Positions 1 through 12,903 are shown, numbered from the stretch's first letter. The stretch: 64,000 bases of DNA from Octopus vulgaris (GCA_951406725.2 OX597830.1:40858001-40922000), one strand, 5' to 3'. A program made the numbers and translations. The notes: generated by a model from the sequence alone, not told the origin.

Positions 1-108
1 TCAACCCCAGCATTCATATTTTAAGTTAGGTACTTAATCCATCAGTTTCTTTTGCTGAACTGTTAAGTTACAAAGATATAAGCAAACCAACACCAGTTGT
101 CAAATGGT

Positions 109-147
<39 letters not shown>

Positions 148-300
148 ATGCATACATATATGAGGAGCTTCCACAGTTTCAGTCTACAGAATTGACTTGC
201 AGGGGAGTAGTCAGCTTGAGATTATAGTAGAAGACCCTTGGCCAAGGTGTTGCATGGTGGGACTGAACCCATAACCATGTGGTTGCAAAGTGAGCTTATA
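1..300 (-). mobile_element. SINE family B (CORE-like tRNA-derived SINE), decayed, cut by window edge
   Basis: Reverse complement matches the intact copy at 15319-15720 (ccttggccaaggtg..gggactgaaccc..accatgtggttg; aaaccaacaccagttgtcaa). Confidence 0.8.
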
Positions 301-509
301 CAGAGTGAGAGAGAGAGAGAGCAAAGACAGAGGAAAGATATTATATTTTCTAATGACTCTTGACCATAGCATTTAAGGTCATCATTTATTATATTCCTGT
401 GGTGGTCATCTTGTAGAGAAGAGATATTCAACCCATACATACACACACACAGATGCATGCATGTTCTTCAGCTGCAGATGAATATCATAACTGACCATAT
501 TGCCTTATC

Positions 510-1000
510 AAGTCTCTCTCTCTTTAACTCTTTCTCTCTCAAATATATTTCTTTATCCTTTTCTCTCATTTTTTCACTCACTCCTTCTTTCTCCACTATC
601 CCCATTTTATCACACATACACACACACACACTCTCTCTCTCTCCCTCTCTCACACACACACATACACACAGCTGTTTCTCACACACACTCTCTCCCCTCC
701 ACCCCTCTTGCACACACACTCACACACAGCTCTCTATCTCTCTCCCTTCCCCTCTCTCTCTCACACACACACTGCTCTTTCTATCTCTATCACTCTCTCT
801 CCCTCCCCTCTCTCTCTCTCTCTCACCTCTTTCTCATGCAGGTCTTTTTTTTTTCTCTCTCATATACCTCGATTCCCCTCACCCACTATTTCATTCTGTC
901 ACCCTGTTCTCTCTCCTATCTCTAATTTCATCCCCCTTACCCCCACCCCACCCCGCTCTCTCTTCCTCCCTCCCTCCCTCCCTCCCTTTTTCCCCTTCTC
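510..1000. repeat. CT/CA-rich low-complexity tract
   Basis: Compound (CT)n/(CA)n/(CCCT)n; explains ORFs 457-1116, 500-925 and 708-1025. Confidence 0.9.
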
Positions 1001-1120
1001 TCAATTCAAAATGCACAGAAGATAAATATGCTTTAAATGCTTCTAAAGGAGGAAAGAAGGATGGCAGAGGTTTCCTTTCAGCTTTTTACAAAGTAAATAT
1101 TGATTTTTCTTTTTGATTAA

Positions 1121-1222
1121 GCACAAGGCCAAATTATTTCCCAGTTTTCCCTCAACCCCCAACCCTTTAAAGGAGTGGTAGATATATTGGTTGAATTGAT
1201 TCCAGTGCATATTTCTTCTTCC

Positions 1223-1265
<43 letters not shown>

Positions 1266-1548
1266 CAACAAGGCAGTGAGCTGGTAGAATTGTCACTGTG
1301 CCAGACAAAAACATTTCATGGTATCTCTTCTGGTTTTACGTTCAGAGTTCAAATGTTGCTGAGGTCGAATTTACCTTTCTTTTCCTTCCTTCCAGCAGGG
1401 GCAATGGGGATGGGTTCGATAAAATAAGTACCAGTTGAATACTGGGAGAGGGGGGGGTCAGTATAATTGATTTACCTGCTACTCTGAAATTGCTGGCCTT
1501 GTGTCAAAACTTGAAACCATTATTATTATTATTATCATTATTATTATA

Positions 1549-1589
<41 letters not shown>

Positions 1590-2457
1590 TACGGCAGTGA
1601 GCTGGCCTTGTACCAAAAACTGGAAAGAATTGTTGTTGTTGTTGTTATTATTATTATTATTATTATTAAGGCGGTGAGCTGGTAGAAACGTTAGCACACT
1701 GGGTGAAATGCTTGGCGGTATTTCATCTACTGCTGCGTTCTGAGTTCAAATTCCGCCAAGGTCGACTTTGCCTTTCATCCTTTCGGGGTCAATATACTGG
1801 GGTCAATGTAATTGACTTAATCAGTTTGTCTGTCCTTGTTTGTCCTCTCTGTATTTAGCCCCTTGTGGGTAGTAAAGAAATAGGTATTTCGCCTGTTGCT
1901 ACATCTTGAGTTCAAATTCCACTGAAGTCAACTTTACCTTTCAAGGTTGATAAATTTAGTACCAGTCAGATATTGAGATCAATATAATCAACTTTTGCTT
2001 TCCCCACAAATTTCTGGCCTTATGCCTATGTTAGAAATAATTATAGTTATTATTAAAGAGACAGAGAGGTAGAAGTGTTAGATCGTCCGATGAAACTCTT
2101 TACAGTATTTACTTAGAGAATGTTCTGAGTTCAAATCCTGCAGAGATCAACTTTACCCTTCACTTTCCCAGGGTGCAAAAAACAAAGTACCAGTCAAGTA
2201 CTGGGGTGTATATACTTGATTGTACTCTTCCCAAATTTGAGGCTTTGTACCTGAGGTGAGTGGGCGGGGGAGATGCTTTGCAGTATTTGTTCCTGCTCTT
2301 TCCACTCTGAGTTCAATTCCTGCCAATGTCAACATTGTCTTTCATCATCCCATCTTGGGGTCAATAATATAAAGCACCAGTCAAGTACTGAGGCTAATGC
2401 TATTGACCAAATGTCTTTCCTCAAAATTGCTGGCCTACTGTCTAAATCAGAAGCCAC

Positions 2458-2505
<48 letters not shown>

Positions 2506-2808
2506 CATCATCATCATCATCAGTTTTTCATGTTCTTCTGGGTTATCTATGTCATGTGTCAGCTTTTTACTCAGCATATACACTGTTCTGAAAGGCAGCG
2601 AGCTGGCAGAAATGTTAGCACACTGAGTGAAATGCTTAGTGGCATTTCATCTGTCTTTACATTCTGAGTTCAAATTCCGCCAAGGTTGACTTTGCCTTTC
2701 ATCTTTTCAGGGTTGATAAATTAAGTACCAGTTGTGTACTGGGGTCGATCTAATCAACTGGCCCCCTCCCCAAAAATTTCAGGCCTTGTGCCTAGAGTAG
2801 AAAAGAAA
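1121..2808 (+). mobile_element. Tandem cluster of about 6 family A SINE copies separated by (ATT)n
   Basis: Repeated aaggc(a/g)gtgagctgg(t/c)agaa..ttctgagttcaaattccgcc..gactttgcctttcatcctttcggggtc..aagtaccag at about 1270, 1668, 1885, 2060, 2270 and 2592. The central motif resembles the Meta/MESC SINE domain (from memory, unverified). Confidence 0.85.
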
Positions 2809-2822
2809 GAATACAACCCTCT

Positions 2823-2963
2823 GAGGCTTGATCCTTGCTTCTCAAGAACAAGCTCTGCAAACCAACTCAGTGAAGTACAGCATTAATAAAAGAGCAGAAA
2901 CACCTTTCTGTAGATTATGTGGAAACTTATCAAAAACAGTCAGGCACGTTACTTCCAATGATA
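2823..2963 (+). pseudogene. R4/Dong-clade non-LTR retrotransposon fragment (zinc-knuckle region)
   Basis: Translates GLILASQEQALQTNSVKYSINKRAETPFCRLCGNLSKTVRHVTS, the CxxC..H knuckle that precedes the restriction-like endonuclease (RLE) in R4-clade LINEs. Confidence 0.85.
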
Positions 2964-4230
2964 TCTGGTACTTTTGACTTCTCGTATCAGATTTTTGTGT
3001 TCTTTGAAAAGGTTTCAAGTGTGCCAATCACAATGATTATCACCTTCACTCTCGAGATTCTATGAATAAATTCCACTTCAAAAGCCAGGTTTGGTACCTT
3101 TTGGCTTTCTCATTCTTTGTCTTTACAATATTCTGATCTGCAGGCACCACTATGTCTATGAAGATCTATTGTTTGGTCTCTTCCCATAGGAAAGTAATAT
3201 CTGGTCGATTATTTTACAGCTTCTTATGTGTGCAGATTGGCATAGCCTACGCAAGTTTCTCCTGATCATTCTCTGTGACTGGCAAGGTCTGGTGTTTGCA
3301 CTATTTGTCAGCACACTCCAGCCTGTAACTCCTGCACATTTTCTAGTGTACTTGCTGTGCAACTTCGTCATGGTATTTTCTACATTCCTTCTGGACCAGT
3401 TTTGAACATTGACTAACTACATGCCTAACTACATTCAGACAAATTTCACATACTCTACACAAGAGGTGCTTTCTGCTGGTTTATCAATGCTGTACATCAA
3501 TGTGTTGGTTTCAAAGCTTGTCCTTGATCCACAAGGATCAAGCCTTCTGTTTCCTTCTTTGAAAATCCATGTCTTAACCATCTCCAGGGTTCTTCATCAG
3601 CTACATCTGGTATTGTGGAGGTACGTGGCTTAGTGGTAAGGATGTTGAACTCAAAATCGTAAGATTGTGGTTTCAATCCCTGGATCAAGTGGCACACTGT
3701 GTTCTTGAGCAAAACTTCATTTCACATTGCTCCAGGCCACTCAGCTGGCAAATATGAGTGATCCCGTGAAGGACTGGTGTCTCATCCAGGTGGGGTTTTT
3801 ATACACCATGAAACCGACCCCTAAATGTCAGTATGACTCTAGAAGGTAACTTAACCTTTTCTTTTTACATCTGGTGTGTTTCACAAGCTCTCTGTGTAGG
3901 ACTTTCTCTTTCCAATTGTTGATGTTTTTCCCACAAAAGTCCTCTCATTGTACTTCTAGAGACTCTCTTCATCATCACTAATCACCTCCTCACTCAATGC
4001 AGCCTGCAACATCCATTCATTGCTCAGCCTAAGATAGGCATGCAATGATTTGCTCCCCTTCCTTAGCTCTCCTCTATTCAAATCAATTCTTTTCTTCCTT
4101 CCTTCCTTGGCAGATAAAGCCTTGTTACATTACTTCTAGTTTGAAGGCATCCATGCATAGCGACTATATTTCTAGCTCTTCTGTTCGTGCTGACCAGTTC
4201 CTCCTTTATTCAAACCTCTCAGGAGGGCTC
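2964..4230 (-). pseudogene. Decayed R4/Dong-clade LINE ORF, C-terminal part (post-RT, knuckle, RLE)
   Basis: Minus strand gives KEELVSTNRRARNIVAMHGCLQTRSNVTRLYLPRKE..WKEKVLH..WRWLRHGFSKKETEGLILVDQGQAL..SKLVQKECRKYHDEVAQQVH..NNRPDITF..IFIDIVVPADQNI, with stops and frameshifts; interrupted by a SINE at 3615-3865. Confidence 0.88.
3615..3865 (+). mobile_element. tRNA-derived SINE with V-domain-like tail, inserted in the R4 relic
   Basis: A/B-box head (tggcttagtggt..gtttcaatcc); 10-bp TSD tacatctggt at 3602-3611 and 3866-3875; tail shared with 26704-27017. Confidence 0.85.
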
Positions 4231-5060
4231 AAAACATTCATAGTGTAAGCACAAAGTCAAAGAGAAGATTTGCGGATGCATTCCACCCATCTCTACGTCT
4301 GATATATTTTAACCAGAGAAAAACAACAATCTATGTAGAGATAAAGCATTGTTCATAAAACTGACCTGCCACTATTTAACCAGTGCTTATGATTTTGATA
4401 TCAAAAATGAGATCTGACTTGTCTTATGTAAAACTCAAGCAAAAACATTGAGGTACCAAACTACATTTTCATAATGTATCTTAATCAGCATTGTCCAGTG
4501 TTAGCCATCCCAACTGCATTTTTCTTCTTGCTTTGTAAATATTTCAAATATGGACTTAGGTGCAGTTGAATGCTTAAGAAAGTCACTCCACTGTCATGAG
4601 ATCCCAGGTTATAGCCACTGCATGGCTTCTTCAGAAATATGCACATACAGATAGAATGAGAGGGAAAGAGAATCATTACAATTTGTAAAATTGAACACGA
4701 TTCACATAAAGGCTTTCCCCCTCCTCAAACACATAAACAGAAATATACTTACACACATAAACACAAAGACAAGAGGGAAGGAGAGGGGGAGAAACAGTAA
4801 AACAAGAGAAACATTAAAAGGTCTTATGTCAAATGAGTCAGCATTGAATCAGTGATGCCAAATAGACAGGGGCAAAACAGCTGTGCCAAAATGTCTCATA
4901 TCTTCCCACACAGAATCAGCAATGCTGATTCTGCCTGAGGCTGATTCTGCCTGATGTAAATAGTTTGTCTAAGGAATACTCAGCTATCTGAGTGAGTAAG
5001 TAGTTTAACCTTACACTGAAACTGAGAGAGAAACCATTTATTTATTTATTTATATATATA

Positions 5061-5456
5061 CTAGCAGTATCGCTCGGCGTTGCTCGGGTTTGTAAGGGAA
5101 ATAACTATATAAGCATTTTTAGAGATGTAAAGTATAATAGCCATCTCAATATGGCTAACCACAAAGGTGGGGTGTTACTGTAGCTTTTTACGTTCTGTGA
5201 TTTAATAATAAATTTTTAGAGAGTTACTTCCCTTATATATGCCAAAAATGCATTAAAAATGGGAAAAATTGATGGTAAATTTTTTTTTAAATCGTAGACT
5301 CATCGTAGACGCACGCTAATACCCAGAAGGGCTCGATATGAATCACGACTATAAGACACCCGGTTTTGGTTAAACTGCACCGCAAAATGTGGGAGTAGTT
5401 AGGAATCTAAATCGTAGGAGACAGACAGCACACAACCTCACTTTTATGTATAAAGA
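5061..5456 (-). mobile_element. Non-autonomous Helitron
   Basis: Minus strand starts TC(TTTATAC..), ends with a CCCGAGCAACGCCGAG hairpin-like motif plus CTAG, and is inserted between A and T without a TSD. Confidence 0.85.
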
Positions 5457-5901
5457 TTTACTTCTAAGAGCAACAACATTAGGATTACTGACCTACATCA
5501 TAGCAGTTCCGAATCTGACAGGAACTAGTTGCCCATTTCCCTATTCTAACTGTTTTAATAACTGAAGCCGTATCTCAGTTTAAGCAGAGTTATGCGCCTT
5601 GCCCAAGGTCAAAACACAGCAGAACAACTGGCTGTTGTAGTAGTAAGAGTAATAAATATTCTACCCTTGGGCAAGGCACATAACTCTGCTCACCTCAGTG
5701 TGACTTGATGACAGGCAGGTTTCATGCACGTTTGACAGATGATTGCTTGGCTGAAGGCAGGTCTTCTATTTATTAAAATCAATAGTTGCAACAATACGCA
5801 AACATCAAAATGTGTGTGAAATGTAAAAACTATTCCACTCATGTAATTATGGAGAGAGAAAAAAAAAATGGATGCAAAGCAGTATCTAGCTACCTATCAA
5901 A

Positions 5902-5947
<46 letters not shown>

Positions 5948-6103
5948 TACATCGTGAGTTTGTAAAATTATTTTTATCTCGTGCTAGTGCAAAATAAAAA
6001 AAGAAATAATAATAATAATAATAATGTGAAAATAGTATTGTTATTTTGCATATATATACATTCACATTTAAAAAATATCTCTTAGCCATTTACAGATACA
6101 TAT

Positions 6104-6106
<3 letters not shown>

Positions 6107-6150
<44 letters not shown>

Positions 6151-7258
6151 TATGTATATATACATATATAAATATATACACATATATATGTATATATACA
6201 TATATATATGTATATATACACACACATATATATATGTATATATACACATATATATACAGATATATATACATATATGTATATATACATATATACACACACA
6301 TATACATATATGTATACATACACACACACACACACACACATATATGTATATATACACACACATATATATGTATATATACACATATATATACAGATATATA
6401 TACACATATGTATATATACATATATACACACACACACATATACATATATATATATACACACACACACACATATATAAGGCTGTCTTAGTAGGAATTGGAG
6501 AGCATTATCTTGCAGCTGAATTGAATCAAGCATTCCATCAGACATGACAAATATGATGCTTATGTCTTCTAGAGTATATTTTGGCTACTTCAGAACGCGG
6601 GTTTTTCAGACTTCAGCCTGGAGAAAGAATGAGAAAGAAGAAGAGAGAAAGGGGGGGAAGGGGGAGAAAAGAAGACGAAGAAAGGTGAGATGCAGAAACT
6701 GGAGAAAGGGTTACAGCAAAAGAGAGAGAGAGAGAGAGAGAGAGAAGTACTCATGTGCACACACATCTCTTCACACCACACACCCACATATCCACACAAG
6801 CATACATCCACCTGTTAAATATATACACACACATACACATATACATATATATATATACACACACATACACATATACATATATATATATACACACACACAG
6901 ATACATATGCATAAACCCACACACATGCATATATATACACACATATACATATACACACATGCACCTATGTATATACATACACATACATATACATGCACGT
7001 GCATACATACATGCACATGAATACATGCACACACACAGGCATGCATAAACATACATATACATACATACATACACACACATATACATACACATACATACAT
7101 TCATATACATATATGCATATATACAGATATACATATACACACATACACATACATACATACATTCATATACATATATGCATATATACAGATATACATATAC
7201 ACACATACACATACATACATACATTCATATACATATATGCATATATACATATATACAT
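6107..7258. repeat. Compound (TA)/(CA)/(TACA) microsatellite arrays (6107-6476, 6770-7258)
   Basis: Higher-order repeats of tatatacacatatatatgta units; source of the YI/CV-rich pseudo-ORFs. Confidence 0.95.
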
Positions 7259-7259
7259 A

Positions 7260-7639
7260 CTACACACCCGGCGTTGCTCAGGTTTGTAAGGGAAATAACT
7301 ATAAAGCATTTTTAGAGAGTTATAGCCCAAAAAATAGAAAAAAATGGAAAAAAATTATGGTAAATTTTTTTTTGAGAGTTAAAAAAGGTGGAGTTGCGTC
7401 CTCTAGACAGTCTGTGGTTTGTGTTTCTGATTCTCGACCCCATGTCGAATTTATCGATTTTTTTCAGAACTGGGAGAACTTTTCAAAATTTTCGCTGCGT
7501 TAGTTTTGAATTATGACATTGGGCTATGTGTGTGTCAAGTTTCATCAGAATCGGTTGAAAGCCGTGGTCAGGGTGAGGGTACAACCTGACAGACACACAG
7601 ACACACACACAGACAAACTGCCGTTTATATAGAGAGAGA
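7260..7639 (-). mobile_element. Non-autonomous Helitron, related subfamily with damaged 3' end
   Basis: Shares cggcgttgctc.ggtttgtaagggaaataactata..gcatttttagaga with 5061-5456; minus strand starts TCTCTC..TATATAAACGGCAG. Confidence 0.8.
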
Positions 7640-7700
7640 TACACACATACATATATATATATATACACACACATATATATACATACATGCATGTATGTAT

Positions 7701-7734
<34 letters not shown>

Positions 7735-7751
7735 TTATATATACACATGCA

Positions 7752-7815
<64 letters not shown>

Positions 7816-7928
7816 CATTTCAGCTAACAAGAGAGGTAATAAGTAACAGGGTGGATATGTATCAAAAAGGTATTTGTTTTGAATATTAAATACATTTATA
7901 GAGTAACTGAGACATGATTATAAACAGA

Positions 7929-7989
<61 letters not shown>

Positions 7990-8391
7990 TGGAGAGATGG
8001 AGAGAAAGGCTGATAGCATCACAAAAAAGGTGTCAATGCAGCAGTGAGTGGATGATGGGATATGGAGATGAGATACGAAGCAAGAAAACATACACACACA
8101 TACACACAAATAGACACACACACACACACACACACGCACATTACAAAAACACAAACTCATGCATATACATATGTAAACATATGTATACAAACAAACATGC
8201 ATGAATATGTATACACATACACACATTACATAAACGCATACAAAAAACTCATGCATACATATATATAGTTAAACACACACAGACACATACATACATACAT
8301 ACACATTATATAAGCACATACACAAATTCATGTATATATGTGTATGGTTAAATATATATATACACATACACACATATACATACTCGCACAT

Positions 8392-8424
<33 letters not shown>

Positions 8425-8613
8425 CATACACACACACACACATAGACACACAGAAAACTGTGCCAAGGCATAGTATGTATCACACAGCTTATACTGTAGG
8501 GGAAAAAAATATGTAAAACAAAAACAAGTACAGCAACAACAATAACAACAACAACAACAAAATAAGGTATCTCTTTATGATAAAGAATGATGCAATGCTG
8601 GAAAAAATATTAT

Positions 8614-9007
<394 letters not shown>

Positions 9008-9352
9008 GGAAAATCGATATATTTGGGCTTAGGAAAGCATGAATGTTAATGTGTCAATGAATGGCAGTGTGATGGAAGCATCAAAGTGTGGTTAATTGCA
9101 CAAGTGATGGTTTCTGGAAAGAAAACAATTTTAAAAAATAAAAAATAATGAAAAAAAAATAATAAAGTCTGTTTATCCATATATGGGCGTGCCAATCTGA
9201 TATTTATAATTATCGTTTGTTTCTTAATATATTTAATATATAGATTTTATTTATCTATTGTTTATTTATTTGTCGGTTTCTTTTTTGTTTGTTGTTGGTT
9301 GGATGATGTTTTCTTTTGTTTCCCTCTGAACACCCATACACATATGCACATA

Positions 9353-9389
<37 letters not shown>

Positions 9390-9395
9390 GATACA

Positions 9396-9451
<56 letters not shown>

Positions 9452-10209
9452 CATACATATATATATATATATATTGTGTGTGTACACATCTACATATACA
9501 CGTATACACACGACCAAACACGGGGTTCACAAATAGTCTGATAGCTTCCTCCCGTCCCAACCTGTCTCCATTTCCCCATCATTAGATATCTTTGGACGTA
9601 AAGGCAATATTAAAACAGCCTGGTGTATTAGGAGCAGTTAATCATTCATCAAAGACGCTCATTATAATAATCTTTATACGTACACACATATCTTAATACG
9701 TGTGTGGAGGGGTACAAGCGAACGAGTGTGTGTTCTGCTGACTTGAATGATGATGGGAGAGAGACGGATAGGCCGTAAGAGTTTCATCACCATTTGAAGA
9801 ACTATGGAGTGCACAGAAGGTGGGGGGGGAAAGGGAAGGAAGATGGAAATAATGAGGAAGAGATAGGTAGGCCCCTAATAGAAAATAGGGGGGGAAAAAA
9901 GGTTTGTAACATTTTGTTAGCAACAGAGTGGTGGTGGTGGTGGTGGTGGATATGGTGGTGGTGCTGGTGCTGGAAGTGGTGGTGGTGGTGGTGCTGGTGG
10001 TGCTGGTGCTGGTGGTGGTGGGGTGTATTGTGTACAACAAAGGAATGCTAAAAAGATGCATTTCAAAGAACACCGGTACGGCTGTTTAGGGCATTAAATG
10101 CAGACACAAGTAGACAAAGATTAATCACTGTTTGATATGAGCATGTATGTACACATAAACATATGCCTGTGTTTGTGCATGTAAATGTGTGTACATATAT
10201 ACACCACCT

Positions 10210-10912
10210 TCATTATCATCATTTAGCATCAGTGTTCCTTGCTGGCACGGGTTGGACAGTTTGACAGGAGCTGGCCAGGCAGAGCACTGCACCAATACAT
10301 CTGTGTCTGTTTTGGCATGGTTTTTACAGCTGGGTGCCCTTCCTAACACTGACCACCATGCAGAGAGGACTGAGTGCTTTTGCATGGTACCAACACAAAT
10401 GAGGTCAGTTTCGGCATGGTTTTTACTGCTGGATGCCCTTCCAAATGCCAACCACTTTACAGTGTGGACTGGATGCTTTTTAAGTGGTACCTGCACTGGC
10501 AGGGTCACCAAGTAACTGGCAAGACAAAAACCTTTGAAAGACTTAAACATATGTATGTGTTTGTGCATGTAAATGTGTATATATATGAACCATCATCATC
10601 ATCATTATCATTTAACTTCTGTGTTCCTTGCTGAACATTTTGACAAGATCTGATGGGTTCAGGGACTGCACCATTCTCCAATGTCTGCTTTGGCATGTTT
10701 TCAACAGCTGGATGCCCTTCCTAATGCCAACCCCTTCACAGTATGAACTGGGGGCTTTTTTCATGGCATCTACACTTTCCTTCTAAGAAATTCATTCCCA
10801 AGGCATTGATTGACCTAGATGTTTAGTACAAGACACTTGCCCGGGGTATTGCATAGTAGGACTGAACCCAAAGCCTTGTGACTGCAAAGCAAGAATCCTA
10901 ACCACACAACCA
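10210..10912 (-). mobile_element. Two family D SINE tails (GAT-tailed, RTE-like 3' end) plus a family B head
   Basis: catcatcatt..gttccttgctgg..ctggatgcccttcc(a/t)aatgccaaccactt at 10210-10530 and 10590-10775; B head at 10790-10912. Confidence 0.75.
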
Positions 10913-11079
10913 ATAAAAGACTATATACCTTGATCTCCAACTAAACATCGAGGCTATGTTAGAACACAGAATACTGTGTCATTTTCCTTGAGAGCATCTC
11001 TCATAAGGACCCAGGGTACATAAAAGCATCTGGAATTATATCATTGACAGACAAGAACCATCTGCTATACCTGCTGGAA

Positions 11080-11126
11080 CTGACAGATCACAAGATTTCA
11101 CCCTGCTATGGGTTCCTCAGTGACAG
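11080..11126 (-). ncRNA. Type I hammerhead ribozyme motif
   Basis: Minus strand reads CTGTCA-CTGAGGA-ACCC-ATAGCA-GGGT-GAAA-TC-TTGT-GA-TC-TGTCAG: complete core, 4-bp stem II, 3-bp stem III, AUC cleavage triplet, stem I 5/6 paired. Confidence 0.75.
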
Positions 11127-11569
11127 ATGTCCAGCAGTGACATAACAGCTAAATTTCCTCATCAATGATATACAGAATATCGGCGTCTATTCAGGCACTG
11201 GTGCCACAAATAGCTGGTGGGATATGATTATATATAACTATACACACATACACACACACTCTCATATATATATACACACTCACACATATATATATATATA
11301 TATATATACATACATACACACACACACATACATACACATGCACACATATACATACTAACACATACACACATATGCGCACACACACATGTATATACACATA
11401 CATATACACATATACACACACACGCATATACAAACACACACACATTATATACCCCCATCTAATTAGACTCCACAACTGCATCAATGGGTTTTATTACGGT
11501 CCCTGGCAAAGTACTTCATGGACTTACATTTGAAACATTTCAGAATCTTACCATCATTGGTAATATGCA

Positions 11570-12240
11570 AGCATGGCTGCATGGTAAGAAGCTTGCTTCC
11601 CAACCACATGGTTCTAGGTTCAGTCCCACTGTGTGGTACCTTGGGAAAGTGTCTTCTACTATAGCCTTGGGTCAACCAAAGCTTTGTGAGTGGATTTGGT
11701 ACATGAAAACTAAAAGAAACCCAATGCCAGTACCCACTGACTGGCCCCCATGCCAGTGGCACGAAAAAAGCACTATCCAAACATGATCGATGCCAGGCCT
11801 ACCTGACTGGCTCCTGAGCCGGTGGCATGTAAAAAGCACCTACTACTCTCTCAGAGTGGTTGGCATTAGGAAGGGAAGGGCATCCAGCTGTACAGACATA
11901 CCAGATCAGTTTGGAGCCTGGTGCAGCCGCTGGCTCTCCAGACCTCAGTCTAACCATCCAACCCATGCCAGCATGGAAAGCAGACGTTAATCGATGATGA
12001 TGATGATGATGATGATGTATGAATGTATTTGCATGTCTGTGTTTGTGCTTGTCCTCCACCCACCATCACTTGACAACCAATGTTGGTGTGTTTACACACT
12101 TTGTAGTTTGGCAAAAGAGACCGGTAGAATAAGTTACTAGGCTTACAACGAATAAGTACTGGGGTTGATTTCTTCGTCAACTAAAGGCAGTGCTCCAACA
12201 TGGCAGCAGTCAAGTGACTGAAAGAATAAAAGAATAAAAG
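11570..12240 (+). mobile_element. Composite SINE: B head + D body/(GAT)n tail + B 3' part
   Basis: B head 11570-11720; D module tggca(c/t)gtaaaaagcac..ggcattaggaagggc..catggaaagcagacgttaa-(gat)n to 12016; B tail to 12240. Confidence 0.85.
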
Positions 12241-12748
12241 AATTGTCCATCGGATTTAATTTATTACCATAAGGTTGGCAGCTGCTGCTTCTCTGCAGTG
12301 AAAGTTCTGGTGCATACTTCACAGCTGGTACCCACACACTCACTTGTTGAAACAGTTCCAAATGCCTTCTTGACAGTGTTTCTCATGCAGTGTTTCTCAT
12401 AAGTTACATAAGAACATGTGGTACATGTTAGCTTTTCATTTTCTTTCAATATGCTAACAGCTTTGAGCACAAAGAATGCCTCAATGCTTTCTGCTGAAGC
12501 AATTCCAAATTGTGATAGTTTTTGAGAAAGGGATGAAGAAGTCGTTCAAACTTGTACCTGAAGAGCTGTTGTAATAATAAAATTCTTTAAATACCATCTC
12601 TGCACTTGTATTGCATCCTGATGATAAATCAAGCTTATCAGTAATAAGTTTGAGTTCAGTGATTTTTACCAATTTCAGAAGTTGTTAGGTTTTCACATGT
12701 ATTAAGAAGCAATGATAAGAACCCAGCAGTTCTTTATATTGTTTTTGA

Positions 12749-12785
<37 letters not shown>

Positions 12786-12856
12786 ATATATATATATATA
12801 AATATATTTATATTTATATATATTTGTGTGTGTGTGTGTGTGTCTAGATATGTATG

Positions 12857-12903
<47 letters not shown>

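Noticed and set aside
4595-4640. Sixth hammerhead on the minus strand (CTGAAGA-AGCCA-TGCAG-TGGCT)
   Set aside because: GAAA is replaced by ATAA and stems I and III do not pair.
9693-10073. Mucin-like Thr-rich ORF
   Set aside because: The Thr run is a (GGT/GCT)n repeat with no supporting splice sites.
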